Shown here in pieces: positions 18,611-27,565 of a DNA stretch of 64,000 nt. The translations under genes and the position numbers were made by a program. A model generated the notes under the pieces. The model made no database searches, had not been told where the DNA came from, and worked only from the letters and a program-made list of their open reading frames with translations. Source of the DNA: an uncultured Clostridia bacterium (GTDB lineage Bacteria > Bacillota > Clostridia > TANB77 > CAG-465). Location of the stretch: NCBI GenBank assembly GCA_934162655.1, contig CAKPJL010000001.1, positions 15,417 through 79,416 on the forward strand, given 5' to 3'. Position 1 is the first letter of the stretch; every line of letters starts with the position of its first letter.

Positions 18611-19301
18611 TTAAAAACCTAAATAAAACATATATAATGCAAGACAAAAAATAAATATTATAAGTATATAATTTAATATTTTTCCTACAATCTCATATTT
18701 TTTAGAGTTAACTATCTTATCACATAGATATATAAAACTACCAAAAATTAAAGTTATAAGAGAGTTTCCAATACCATAGGAAACTAAAACAATTACTGAA
18801 AATAAGATATTTTTCGAAATTGATACAATTGAAATCATAGCAACAAGAATTGGTGCAGAACATGGACTTGCAATAATCTGTGATAGCATTCCTAGAATTA
18901 TTCCTAAAAGTGTATTGTTTTTATCTTTTAATTTTTTTATTTTGTTAATTATTTTTATATTTGGTAATTTTATAATACCGTAACATAATAAGTGTAAAAA
19001 ACATTAATATTATTCCAAATATTATATAAACATATTTTTTAGAAAGGTTAATACTTTGACTAAAAATACCTACTATTAACCCTAAAAAAACAAACATTAT
19101 AATACTTGAAATAGCATATAATAAAGAATTCTTAAAAGCTCTTTTTTTATTATCACCACTTAAATAAAATATAAGGAGCGGAATTGAAGAAAAAGAACAT
19201 GGCAAAAATGCAACTATAACACCCACTATAAAAGCTAGTATTGGTGCAATTAAATAGTTATTTTGCATCATTTGCAAAAGATTTGTAACTAAACTTTGCA
19301 T
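18611..19301 (-). pseudogene. ccdA: CcdA/DsbD-family thiol-disulfide transporter split into two ORFs (118 aa and 92 aa) by a frame change
   Basis: ORF 18945-19301 carries the first conserved Cys (FLPCSFSSIP). ORF 18611-18889 carries the second (ASPCSAPIL). Frames differ, and the second frame is open upstream to 19003. Confidence 0.7.
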
Positions 19302-19312
19302 TAACTCTCCTC

Positions 19313-19720
19313 CTATTTTGCATCAAGGATTTCTTTAATTTTAGATTTGCCTAAAAATCCCACATGACTTTTTACTACATTACCTGATTCATCTAAAAAT
19401 ATTTGTGTTGGAGTATATACTATATTATATTTATCACAAAGCTCAACATTTTCATAAACATCCATTTCATTAATTTCCACTTTATCTTTATACTCTTGCT
19501 TTAATTCTTTAATTAAAACTTTCATTTGTTCACAAGGCATACAACCCTCTGCTGTAAAGTTTATCATTTTTGTAATTACTACATTATTTGTATTTTTAAC
19601 TCTTGTATCCTCAACATTTGAAAAGTCGCTTTGAATAAACCTTTTAAATATAAATACCAAGATAATTGAGCTTATTATAAAAAGTATTATTATAATCTTT
19701 AAGAATTTATTTTTTATCAT
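19313..19720 (-). CDS. Membrane-anchored thioredoxin-like protein (TlpA/ResA/StoA-like)
   Basis: N-terminal TM helix and a thioredoxin fold with CxxC = CMPC in FTAEGCMPCEQM. Directly upstream of ccdA. Confidence 0.65.
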   Translation of the reverse strand: MIKNKFLKIIIILFIISSIILVFIFKRFIQSDFSNVEDTRVKNTNNVVITKMINFTAEGCMPCEQMKVLIKELKQEYKDKVEINEMDVYENVELCDKYNIVYTPTQIFLDESGNVVKSHVGFLGKSKIKEILDAK

Positions 19721-20027
19721 TTATGCTACAACTCCCATCATGACATTTTGTTTTTTTATTAATAAAACTTTTTTCCTCATTGTTAATTATTTTTATTAAT
19801 TCATCCACACTATAAACAACCCCTTCACTAATCAAGCTACCATCTATTTCAAGTGCTGGAATATCAACTATATTCTTTTTAGATATATTTATTAGGGATT
19901 TTTCTTCTATTATAGATATGTCATCTCTTTTTACATCGTCTAGTGCTTGCTTTAAATTTTTTAAAAGTATTTCACAATTTTTACAATTATTTGTTTTATA
20001 AATTTTTATTATCAAATGTATCACCAT
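19707..20027 (-). CDS. Small thioredoxin-fold redox-active disulfide protein
   Basis: CxxC = CKNC near the N-terminus and a VDIPALEIDG block resembling the glutaredoxin-like Thioredoxin_3 family. Overlaps the next gene by 14 nt. Confidence 0.5.
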   Translation of the reverse strand: MVIHLIIKIYKTNNCKNCEILLKNLKQALDDVKRDDISIIEEKSLINISKKNIVDIPALEIDGSLISEGVVYSVDELIKIINNEEKSFINKKTKCHDGSCSINDKK

Positions 20028-20130
20028 AAATATTATACATCATAATTAAAAAAAACAAAACAAAATTTTATTTTTATATTTACCTCACCTAGCAAATATT
20101 TTTTCATAAACTATAACAAGGAGGCTAAAT

Positions 20131-20781
20131 ATGAAAGTACTTATATACAATAATTTAACAAATAAAATGGAAACTTATAATAAAAATTTAAATGATCCCA
20201 TGCCATATTCTAAAGACAGATACTTAACTGTAAAAGAATTTAGGGGCTCATCTAAATCAGATGTAATTTGGGCTGATAGACGTGCAATAGAGGCATTTAA
20301 TAAATTAAGAACTCTATATGGAAAACCCATAAAAGTTGGATATGCTTTCAAGCGTATTACTGAGGGAGGTCATACTGGTCAATCTCAGCATTATGCTGGA
20401 ACTGCTTTTGATATAGCACAAAACTTAAGCAATACTGAAAGGAATAAATTAAGGAATCTAGCTATAAAAAGTAAATATTTTTCTTATGTAGAACCTGCCA
20501 GTCTAACACCTACTTGGATACATATTGATAAGCGTGATACAAGACCAGCATGTTCTACTGGTGGATATCCACTTTTAAAACAAGGTAGAAAAAATACATA
20601 TGTTGCTGTATTACAAGATGCATTAACAGGACTTGGATATTCAACTTCTGGAATAGATGGTATATTCGGCACTAACACAAAAAATGCTGTAATACGTTTC
20701 CAAAGAGCTAATAATCTAACAGCAGATGGTATTGTAGGTTGCAATACTTGGCGTACAATTGTAAAAAAATTAGGGTTTTAA
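20131..20781 (+). CDS. Peptidase M15-type cell-wall hydrolase with C-terminal peptidoglycan-binding domain
   Basis: SQHYAGTAFD and WIHID Zn-ligand blocks (M15A-like). C-terminal LQDALTGLGY...DGIFGTNTKNAVIRFQRANNLTADGIVGCNTW is PG_binding_1-like. Confidence 0.7.
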   Translation: MKVLIYNNLTNKMETYNKNLNDPMPYSKDRYLTVKEFRGSSKSDVIWADRRAIEAFNKLRTLYGKPIKVGYAFKRITEGGHTGQSQHYAGTAFDIAQNLSNTERNKLRNLAIKSKYFSYVEPASLTPTWIHIDKRDTRPACSTGGYPLLKQGRKNTYVAVLQDALTGLGYSTSGIDGIFGTNTKNAVIRFQRANNLTADGIVGCNTWRTIVKKLGF

Positions 20782-20782
20782 A

Positions 20783-20809
20783 AAACTTCATCTTTTGATG
20801 AAGTTTTTT
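20783..20809. terminator. Bidirectional hairpin terminator
   Basis: aaacttcatc/gatgaagttt stem flanked by A-run and T-run, between convergent genes. Confidence 0.7.
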
Positions 20810-20818
20810 ATTTAATTC

Positions 20819-21856
20819 TTATATTTTTCCTATTCTTTTTTCCATTATAGAAGCAAATTCATTTGATACATTTCCGTCGTAATATTCATAAGTATCACTC
20901 CATTCCCCATATGGATCTGAATCTACACAAGCACAGCCTGAGTATGTTGCATTATCTTGATTTATTGTTATAACAAACGATTTGTCTTTTTCTTCATATG
21001 GGTTATGTACATACTTATGTAAGAATTTAAGTTCTTCGGGAATTAGAATTTTTAAATAATTTGCATGAGCTAGCATGTTATATGAGTTATTTGATATCTT
21101 AATCACTTGTTTTTCTGATTGCTTAAGCAATCTACAAATGGTATTTATGGTATGAATATATAGCTTCCTAACCAGCTCACATTTGCCGCTTTCGTCTATG
21201 GCACTTGCTATATCTCTTTCAAAAATATACTTATCTATATCTTTACACTGACTCGGCCATTTTCCTTCTTTAATCTTAGATTCTACATATCTTTTGATTA
21301 AATCCTCCACTAAAAAGCCTGCAACATTTTTTGCCATCTGATATTTTTTTGGACTTTCATCTTCAATTAAAATATCACGAAAGAGAGCATATTTTTTAAT
21401 CATGTCATCTAATTCTTGTTTTGCAAATTCTGATTCAAATGTTGACATCAAAATTTTAGAAAACATTTCACGATGACGCGGATACATACGGCTTATAGTA
21501 TTTTCCTTCCAAAATTTATCAAGTCTATCATACTTTAGCCCATACCAAGGTCTAGCCAAAGTATTAATCCCTTCTTTTCCTTCAACCGTATGTAATTTTA
21601 TTGCAGGTTCTATATTATGGTTACTTTTATTAATGCTATCAACTATATTAAAAAAACTTTCTTTTCCAATAATGTTTATAGTATTATATCTTTCTTCGCT
21701 ACTCATAGCATTAACAAAACCTGAAGAAATTTCCTCATAATCTTTTTGACTTATGTCACAAGTAACTCCCCTACTTAGCATAATTTCCAGTATCCATTTT
21801 AAGACATCTACTTTTTCTACATTAATAACATTTTTAGAATAAGAATAATAAAACAT
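20819..21856 (-). CDS. Hypothetical protein (345 aa), no recognisable family
   Basis: Long uninterrupted ORF with AAGGAGAA SD. Cys-rich C-terminal tail YSGCACVDSDPYGEW. Confidence 0.5.
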   Translation of the reverse strand: MFYYSYSKNVINVEKVDVLKWILEIMLSRGVTCDISQKDYEEISSGFVNAMSSEERYNTINIIGKESFFNIVDSINKSNHNIEPAIKLHTVEGKEGINTLARPWYGLKYDRLDKFWKENTISRMYPRHREMFSKILMSTFESEFAKQELDDMIKKYALFRDILIEDESPKKYQMAKNVAGFLVEDLIKRYVESKIKEGKWPSQCKDIDKYIFERDIASAIDESGKCELVRKLYIHTINTICRLLKQSEKQVIKISNNSYNMLAHANYLKILIPEELKFLHKYVHNPYEEKDKSFVITINQDNATYSGCACVDSDPYGEWSDTYEYYDGNVSNEFASIMEKRIGKI

Positions 21857-21957
21857 ATAATTTTCTCCTTTAAAATAATTATTTTAAGGTTAGGTCACCT
21901 TAATTTTAAGATATTATAACTGTGAGAATATAGTAGCCTTTTTTATATATTTTTTAT

Positions 21958-22134
21958 CTACTCTATCATAATCTTAATTGGCACTATATTTTTTTCATCA
22001 GCTTCCCTATGAAAATCAACGTATTTTTTTACCTCTCGAAGGGCAATGGCATATGTTTCGCAATATACTTTTATAGATGAATGCTTCTCATTGTCCCTAG
22101 TTTTTACTGCATAAATTGTCTTTGTTTTAGCCAT
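21958..22134 (-). CDS. Hypothetical 58-aa protein (below the ORF-track cut-off)
   Basis: My translation is MAKTKTIYAVKTRDNEKHSSIKVYCETYAIALREVKKYVDFHREADEKNIVPIKIMIE. ATG 22134 is preceded by AAGGAGG at 7 nt. Confidence 0.45.
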   Translation of the reverse strand: MAKTKTIYAVKTRDNEKHSSIKVYCETYAIALREVKKYVDFHREADEKNIVPIKIMIE

Positions 22135-22226
22135 GATATATGCCTCCTTAAATAATAATTATAGGATATAAGATTAATACCGTGATAAATATTATAGCAC
22201 AATTAAATCATGCTTTCAATAAAAAT

Positions 22227-22255
22227 TTGATTTTTTAATGGCATTTTGCTATAAT
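22227..22255 (+). promoter_or_regulatory. Sigma-A type promoter
   Basis: TTGATT, 17 nt, TATAAT. Confidence 0.55.
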
Positions 22256-22308
22256 GTTACTGCATTTTAATTTAAATCTCTAAAACAGTTTTTAGGAGGA
22301 CTTGTATC

Positions 22309-23724
22309 ATGGAAAATTTTTATGATGTAGTAATTATCGGTGCTGGCATTGCAGGCATTGAGGCTGCATACGAGTTATGCACAAAAAAGCCAAGTTTAAG
22401 CATTTTAATGCTTGACAGTGGTAATGGTATCTTAAATAGAAGTTGCCCTATGATCTTAAAAAAGACAAAAACATGCTTAAATTGTAAAAACTGCGGTATT
22501 ATGAGGGGATTTGGAGGTGCTGGAAATTTTTCTGATGGTAAATTTAACTTTACTACCGAATTTGGTGGTTGGCTAAATAACTATATATCAGACGATGAAG
22601 TAAAGGCACTTATTGATTATGTGGATACAATAAATATGAACTTCGGTGCAACTGATAAAACTTTTTCAACTTCAACAAAAGAAGCAAAAGAAATTGAAAG
22701 AAAAGCTCTTCAAAATGATTTGCATCTACTTCATGCAAAAGTGAAACATTTAGGAACAGAAAATAATATAAAAATATTGACCAAAATGTATGAATACTTA
22801 TCATCTCGTATTAAGATAAGATGTAACACCACTGTATCTAGTATAATTCCAGATAATGATATAACTTCTAATATAAAAACTATTATGCTTGAAAATGGTA
22901 ATAAGATAAGTTCAAAATTTTTAGTAGTTGCTCCTGGAAGGTCAGGTGCAGAATGGTTTGCAAATGAATGCAGAAGACTTAAAATAAAACTCTTAAATAA
23001 TCAAATAGATATAGGAGTAAGAGTTGAGCTCCCAGAGGAAGTATTTCATGAAATAACTTCTACCGTATACGAAGCTAAACTTAAATTTAGAACAAAAAAA
23101 TATGGGGATATTGTAAGAACATTTTGTATGAATCCATACGGTTATGTAGTAGAGGAAAATGTAGACGGTCTTATAACTGTAAATGGACACAGCTATTCTA
23201 ATCAAGAATTAAGAAGTCAAAATACAAATTTTGCTCTTCTAGTAAGTAACTCCTTTACAGAACCTTTTAATGATCCGTACCAATACGGCAAACGTATCGC
23301 TTCTTTTTCAAACTTACTTGGAAATGGAGTAATATGCCAAAGATTTGGTGATCTTATAAAAGGAAGAAGAACAAATGATGAGAGACTTAGCAAAAGCTTT
23401 GTAACTCCCACTCTTGATGCCTCCCCAGGGGACCTTAGCTTAATTCTTCCCAAAAGACATCTTGACAATATTATTGAAATGATATATGCCTTAGACAAAA
23501 TTGCAAAAGGAACTGCAAATGAAGATACACTGCTTTATGGTGTAGAAGTAAAATTTTATTGTGCAAGACCTAAACTTACTCCATCTCTTGAAATTAAAAA
23601 TAATATTTCATCTTCAAATACGAATATATTTGCAATAGGAGATGGTGCAGGAATAACTAGAGGGCTGGCACAAGCAGCATCAAGTGGAATATACATTGCA
23701 AGAGAAATAATAAAAAGAATCTAA
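22309..23724 (+). CDS. FAD-dependent oxidoreductase (uncharacterised FAD dehydrogenase, COG2509-like)
   Basis: N-terminal Rossmann motif YDVVIIGAGIAGIEAA and C-terminal IFAIGDGAGITRGLAQAASSG. Confidence 0.7.
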   Translation: MENFYDVVIIGAGIAGIEAAYELCTKKPSLSILMLDSGNGILNRSCPMILKKTKTCLNCKNCGIMRGFGGAGNFSDGKFNFTTEFGGWLNNYISDDEVKALIDYVDTINMNFGATDKTFSTSTKEAKEIERKALQNDLHLLHAKVKHLGTENNIKILTKMYEYLSSRIKIRCNTTVSSIIPDNDITSNIKTIMLENGNKISSKFLVVAPGRSGAEWFANECRRLKIKLLNNQIDIGVRVELPEEVFHEITSTVYEAKLKFRTKKYGDIVRTFCMNPYGYVVEENVDGLITVNGHSYSNQELRSQNTNFALLVSNSFTEPFNDPYQYGKRIASFSNLLGNGVICQRFGDLIKGRRTNDERLSKSFVTPTLDASPGDLSLILPKRHLDNIIEMIYALDKIAKGTANEDTLLYGVEVKFYCARPKLTPSLEIKNNISSSNTNIFAIGDGAGITRGLAQAASSGIYIAREIIKRI

Positions 23725-23730
23725 AATTTA

Positions 23731-23757
23731 ACCACCGAGTTATTCTCGGTGGTTTTT
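23731..23757 (+). terminator. Rho-independent terminator
   Basis: accaccgag/ctcggtggt stem followed by TTTTT. Confidence 0.75.
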
Positions 23758-23766
23758 ATATACTTT

Positions 23767-24054
23767 TTAGCATTCTACATTTGGTTCTTCTATCTTTTCT
23801 ACATTACCACTTCCAAAAGAAAAAGTTTTCTTTTCTGACTTGGCCTTTTCTTCAAATTTTTTATAAAATTCTTCCTTTACATTCTCTAGTGTTTCTTGCA
23901 TTGCATTAAACATTTCCTCAACATCTTGTTTAGTAAAGTCATATGTATTACTTCTTGCCATTGGTTCTAATATTTGAATATCATGTAATACATTGTTTAC
24001 TCTCTTTGATGCATAATCAATAAATTTAGCTCTTTTTTCTTCGTTTATTTCCAT
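23767..24054 (-). CDS. Hypothetical acidic helical protein (95 aa)
   Basis: ORF with GGAGGAA SD. No motif recognised. Confidence 0.45.
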   Translation of the reverse strand: MEINEEKRAKFIDYASKRVNNVLHDIQILEPMARSNTYDFTKQDVEEMFNAMQETLENVKEEFYKKFEEKAKSEKKTFSFGSGNVEKIEEPNVEC

Positions 24055-24159
24055 ATATAATTCCTCCTAAACATAAACTTAAAATATAATATATCACAAT
24101 TTTTAAATAAACTCAAACATTTTTTGACAAAAAGCGTATTTTTCTGACATGTAAATTAC

Positions 24160-24188
24160 TTGACAAATTTTGTAATAAGAAATATAAT
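24160..24188 (+). promoter_or_regulatory. Consensus sigma-A promoter
   Basis: TTGACA, 17 nt, TATAAT. Confidence 0.6.
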
Positions 24189-24203
24189 TTTGTTGGTGAT
24201 TGA

Positions 24204-24950
24204 GTGGAAAAATTTTATTTATTATTTCTATACTTTTACATATATTCAATGATTGGTTGGACATTAGAAGTTATATATTGTAGACTACTTGAGGGTAAAT
24301 TTACTAATAGAGGATTTTTACATGGGCCTTATTGTCCTATATATGGAACTGGTGCTACTCTAATTGTAATATTTTTAAATAGATTTTATGCTAGTCCTGC
24401 TCTTGTCTTTATTTTAGGAGTTATCGTTACATCTATTCTTGAATATATAACAAGTTTTATAATGGAAAAGTTATTTAAAGCTAAATGGTGGGATTACTCA
24501 AATATGAAATTTAATATAAAAGGAAGAGTATGCTTGCTTAACTCAACACTATTTGGTGTACTTGCTTTATTGCTTATATATATATTAAATCCAGCCATAA
24601 CAGTAATTATAGAGAAAATAAATCCAAAATATATTTCATACATTTCTACTATTTTGATGATTTTAATGTCAATTGATATAACTTCAACGGTAGCAGAAAT
24701 TATAAACTTAAAGAAGAAATTATCAGAATTAAGAGAATTCACTGAAACTTTACTAAAAGAAAAATCTATATTTAGTGAAAATTCCCAAACTTATAAAAGC
24801 ATATTAAATCTTAGAGAAAAAATTATAAATAAAAAGAATGTAATTAATAATAGACTTATTAAAGCCTTTCCATCTCTTACTTTTAAGGAAAATCATTTTG
24901 AGCTTCTAAATATTAAGGATCTTAGAAGGAAATTCAAAAACAAAAAATAG
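24204..24950 (+). CDS. Polytopic membrane protein, putative ABC-transporter type IV/CmpB-like family
   Basis: IGWTLEVIYCRLLEGKFTNRGFLHGPYCPIYGTGA block recalled from PF06541. GTG start after GGTGA. Confidence 0.5.
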   Translation: MEKFYLLFLYFYIYSMIGWTLEVIYCRLLEGKFTNRGFLHGPYCPIYGTGATLIVIFLNRFYASPALVFILGVIVTSILEYITSFIMEKLFKAKWWDYSNMKFNIKGRVCLLNSTLFGVLALLLIYILNPAITVIIEKINPKYISYISTILMILMSIDITSTVAEIINLKKKLSELREFTETLLKEKSIFSENSQTYKSILNLREKIINKKNVINNRLIKAFPSLTFKENHFELLNIKDLRRKFKNKK

Positions 24951-24995
24951 CATATGACGATTTTTAATAAATTTCGCCCTATGCTATTTTAACAA

Positions 24996-25724
24996 TTAAT
25001 CTACTAAATATTTAATTTCTTTTTGAGTTGTTCCATCAAGATATTTGACTCTAATTGTATAGATGCTATCTTTTAAAGTTTTATATGTATATATATAATA
25101 TTCATTATTTTGAGTATAATCACCTACATTTGTATTATCTGCTAAAACTGTTATATTTTTATAACTACTTGGTACTTTTATTGTTACTGTTTTCTCTAAA
25201 GAATCCTCTGCGTATTCAAAAAACGATATACCACTTTTAGAATACATCATGTCTTCATTTGTTGAGTTCAAAATATCATCTATTCTATAATATATAATAT
25301 TCCCTATTTTCACTCCCTTAGCATAATATACAAGTCCTGTTTTTGATGAAACTATGTATACATCATCAACTCCATCTTTTTTATTTCCATATTTTAAGTT
25401 TGATATATCTATTTTATCATAATCGATTATATCGAATCTATATACATTACTTTGCCTATCTTCATACTTAAATTGTTCACTAGCTAAAGTAGGGTCAACA
25501 TCAGAGATAGTAATAGATTGTTCTATTGGGTAGCTTCCATTTTTATTATAATAAACATCAACTGCCATCTGTACCATGCTTAACTCTTGGGAAAATTCTA
25601 ATTTCTTAGCATTATTATTATTTTCAATTAAAGAAAATGTTATGACAGAAATAATAATTAAGATTATTATCACAGAAACACTTATAATTATCAATGATAT
25701 ACCTAATTTTTTATTAAATTTCAT
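24996..25724 (-). CDS. Pilin-like N-terminally anchored surface protein, paralogue 3 (242 aa)
   Basis: N-terminus KKLG-ISLIIISVSVIIILII, then helix LEFSQELSMVQMAVDVYYNKNGSYPI and DVYIVSSKTGLVYYAKGVKIGNIIYY, both shared with the two upstream genes. Confidence 0.6.
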   Translation of the reverse strand: MKFNKKLGISLIIISVSVIIILIIISVITFSLIENNNNAKKLEFSQELSMVQMAVDVYYNKNGSYPIEQSITISDVDPTLASEQFKYEDRQSNVYRFDIIDYDKIDISNLKYGNKKDGVDDVYIVSSKTGLVYYAKGVKIGNIIYYRIDDILNSTNEDMMYSKSGISFFEYAEDSLEKTVTIKVPSSYKNITVLADNTNVGDYTQNNEYYIYTYKTLKDSIYTIRVKYLDGTTQKEIKYLVD

Positions 25725-25759
25725 TTTATTCCTCCCATGGTATATGTATTCATTTACTT

Positions 25760-26917
25760 CTACTCTTTTTCGTTTACTTCGTATTTTATTTGAACATTTC
25801 CTATTCTTTCAGAAGAGTCACATCTTTTATATACATAAGTTTCATTTCCTGCTTTATCTTTAGCATATACAGTTATCCATCTAGCTGCCCAATCTATCCT
25901 TATAGATCTACCACTTACTTTTATTCCTTTATCATCCATATATTTTCTTACTATTTCTAAATTATCTTGTTGGTTACTATCTTCAATTTTTAAAGGCACA
26001 TATTTTATAGTTTCTATACCGCTTAAATCATCTTCATAATCTAGGAAATAATAAATATACTCTTCATTGTTAAGGCTACTTCTCTCATATTTCATGTCAC
26101 TTAGAAATGTTACAGTAGGTGCTTTATTATCAAAGTTTTCCACATTATAAACAGTTATATTACTCTTTACATCAGTTGAATTTTCTTTCCATGAAACAAC
26201 TATCTTATAATTGCTATTAATATCGTCTGGCGTATTTCCCTCTTTAAACTCCCCACTCTCTACAAGTGTTATACTTTTGCTAACACCATTGTTAGGAACT
26301 ACATTACAACTAATTACCTCATACTTACTTGGTATTTTTATATTTGTAACTATTGCTCTATTTGTGTAATTATCTTCCGATTTTGTAAATATCATTCCAG
26401 AATAGCTATCTACAATATCTACATTTTCTATATAATCAATTTTATCCTTTAGTTCATCTGTTAGAGTATAATTTCCATATACTCCTGCCTTATAGTAAAC
26501 TTTACCAGTTTTTGTGGAAATAAGATATAAATCGTTTTCATCTCCATCATTTAAACCATATATTAAATTATTAATCTCACTTGTATAATTACCATCTGTT
26601 CCAAATATTTTTAATAAATCTAGTTTTTTTAATTTTACACTGCCATCAACTATTTCTTGATCAAATTGAGTTTTTGCTTTTGAGTCAAGACTAGATAATT
26701 CTATACTAACAACTTCGTCATTATCTCTTATAGGATAAGTCTTTTCTATATAATAATATGAGTCAACTTTCTCTTGGATATTTGCAATTTCTGATCCAAA
26801 TTCAAGAATTTTTAAATTTCTTTGATAACTTATAACACTAACTGTAACAGCAGTAGTAAGTATAAGCATTACAGTTACAATAATTGTAAGAACTATTAGT
26901 GAAAATCCTTTTTTCAT
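25760..26917 (-). CDS. Pilin-like N-terminally anchored surface protein, paralogue 2 (385 aa) with C-terminal Ig-like region
   Basis: N-terminus MKKG-FSLIVLTIIVTVMLIL, then EFGSEIANIQEKVDSYYYIEKTYPI and DLYLISTKTGKVYYKAGVYGNY. C-terminal NKAPTV...DDLSGIETIKY...VYAKDKAGNETYVY resembles bacterial Ig-like domains. Confidence 0.6.
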   Translation of the reverse strand: MKKGFSLIVLTIIVTVMLILTTAVTVSVISYQRNLKILEFGSEIANIQEKVDSYYYIEKTYPIRDNDEVVSIELSSLDSKAKTQFDQEIVDGSVKLKKLDLLKIFGTDGNYTSEINNLIYGLNDGDENDLYLISTKTGKVYYKAGVYGNYTLTDELKDKIDYIENVDIVDSYSGMIFTKSEDNYTNRAIVTNIKIPSKYEVISCNVVPNNGVSKSITLVESGEFKEGNTPDDINSNYKIVVSWKENSTDVKSNITVYNVENFDNKAPTVTFLSDMKYERSSLNNEEYIYYFLDYEDDLSGIETIKYVPLKIEDSNQQDNLEIVRKYMDDKGIKVSGRSIRIDWAARWITVYAKDKAGNETYVYKRCDSSERIGNVQIKYEVNEKE

Positions 26918-26921
26918 AATC

Positions 26922-27401
26922 TTACTCCTTTTTTCCTTTCATCAAATCATAAAGCTGTTGATTATAATAATAATAAGTAATGCCCCCTATTTTTTCACCT
27001 TGAATATAATATACTGTATTATTTTCTTTACAGTATGCGTAAAAATCTAAACTATCTTTATCACCTTTTCCTCGTGCTAGATTTTCTATATCAAGTTTTT
27101 CTATTTGTATTTTGTATAACTTATAATCATCATTTATTTCATTTAAAAGCTCTTGAGAAATATCTTGTTTATTTACTTCTCCTTCTTCTCCTAGCACTAT
27201 TGGGTAAGATGAATTCATTAGTTTATATTGTTCAATTTGTTTTGAAATTGTTATAAGCTCATTCGCAAATGCTCTCTTTTTTGCATTAGTTTTAAAAGAA
27301 GAATATGACACTATTACAGTAGAAGTAAGTATTAAAGCTACCATTATTATAACTATCAGAACTAGCATAGTTATGCCATTTTTATATGCTTTTTTATTCA
27401 T
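26922..27401 (-). CDS. Pilin-like N-terminally anchored protein, paralogue 1 (159 aa)
   Basis: N-terminus MNKKAYKNG-ITMLVLIVIIMVALIL, then RAFANELITISKQIEQYKLMNSSYPI and DFYAYCKENNTVYYIQGEKIGGITYY. Start moved to ATG 27401, 5 nt after GGGTGA. Stop lies 4 nt before the next gene. Confidence 0.6.
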   Translation of the reverse strand: MNKKAYKNGITMLVLIVIIMVALILTSTVIVSYSSFKTNAKKRAFANELITISKQIEQYKLMNSSYPIVLGEEGEVNKQDISQELLNEINDDYKLYKIQIEKLDIENLARGKGDKDSLDFYAYCKENNTVYYIQGEKIGGITYYYYNQQLYDLMKGKKE

Positions 27402-27510
27402 TATAATCACCCATCTTATTATATTATTTGCAGCATATGCATCATATATTTTAGTATATATTATATAACAAAAAAAAACAAGTATATTATGTACAACTTT
27501 GGCAATTTTA

Positions 27511-27539
27511 TTGACTAATTTTATTTTTCGATATATACT
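27511..27539 (+). promoter_or_regulatory. Sigma-A type promoter of the oxidoreductase operon
   Basis: TTGACT, 17 nt, TATACT. Confidence 0.55.
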
Positions 27540-27565
27540 AAAACTATAATTTAAGGAGGTTATTT

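Noticed and set aside
20131-20781. M15 peptidase as a prophage endolysin
   Set aside because: No holin, phage structural, integrase or repressor genes flank it. The upstream sequence looks more like a sporulation (sigma-K-type) promoter. It is kept as a generic cell-wall hydrolase.
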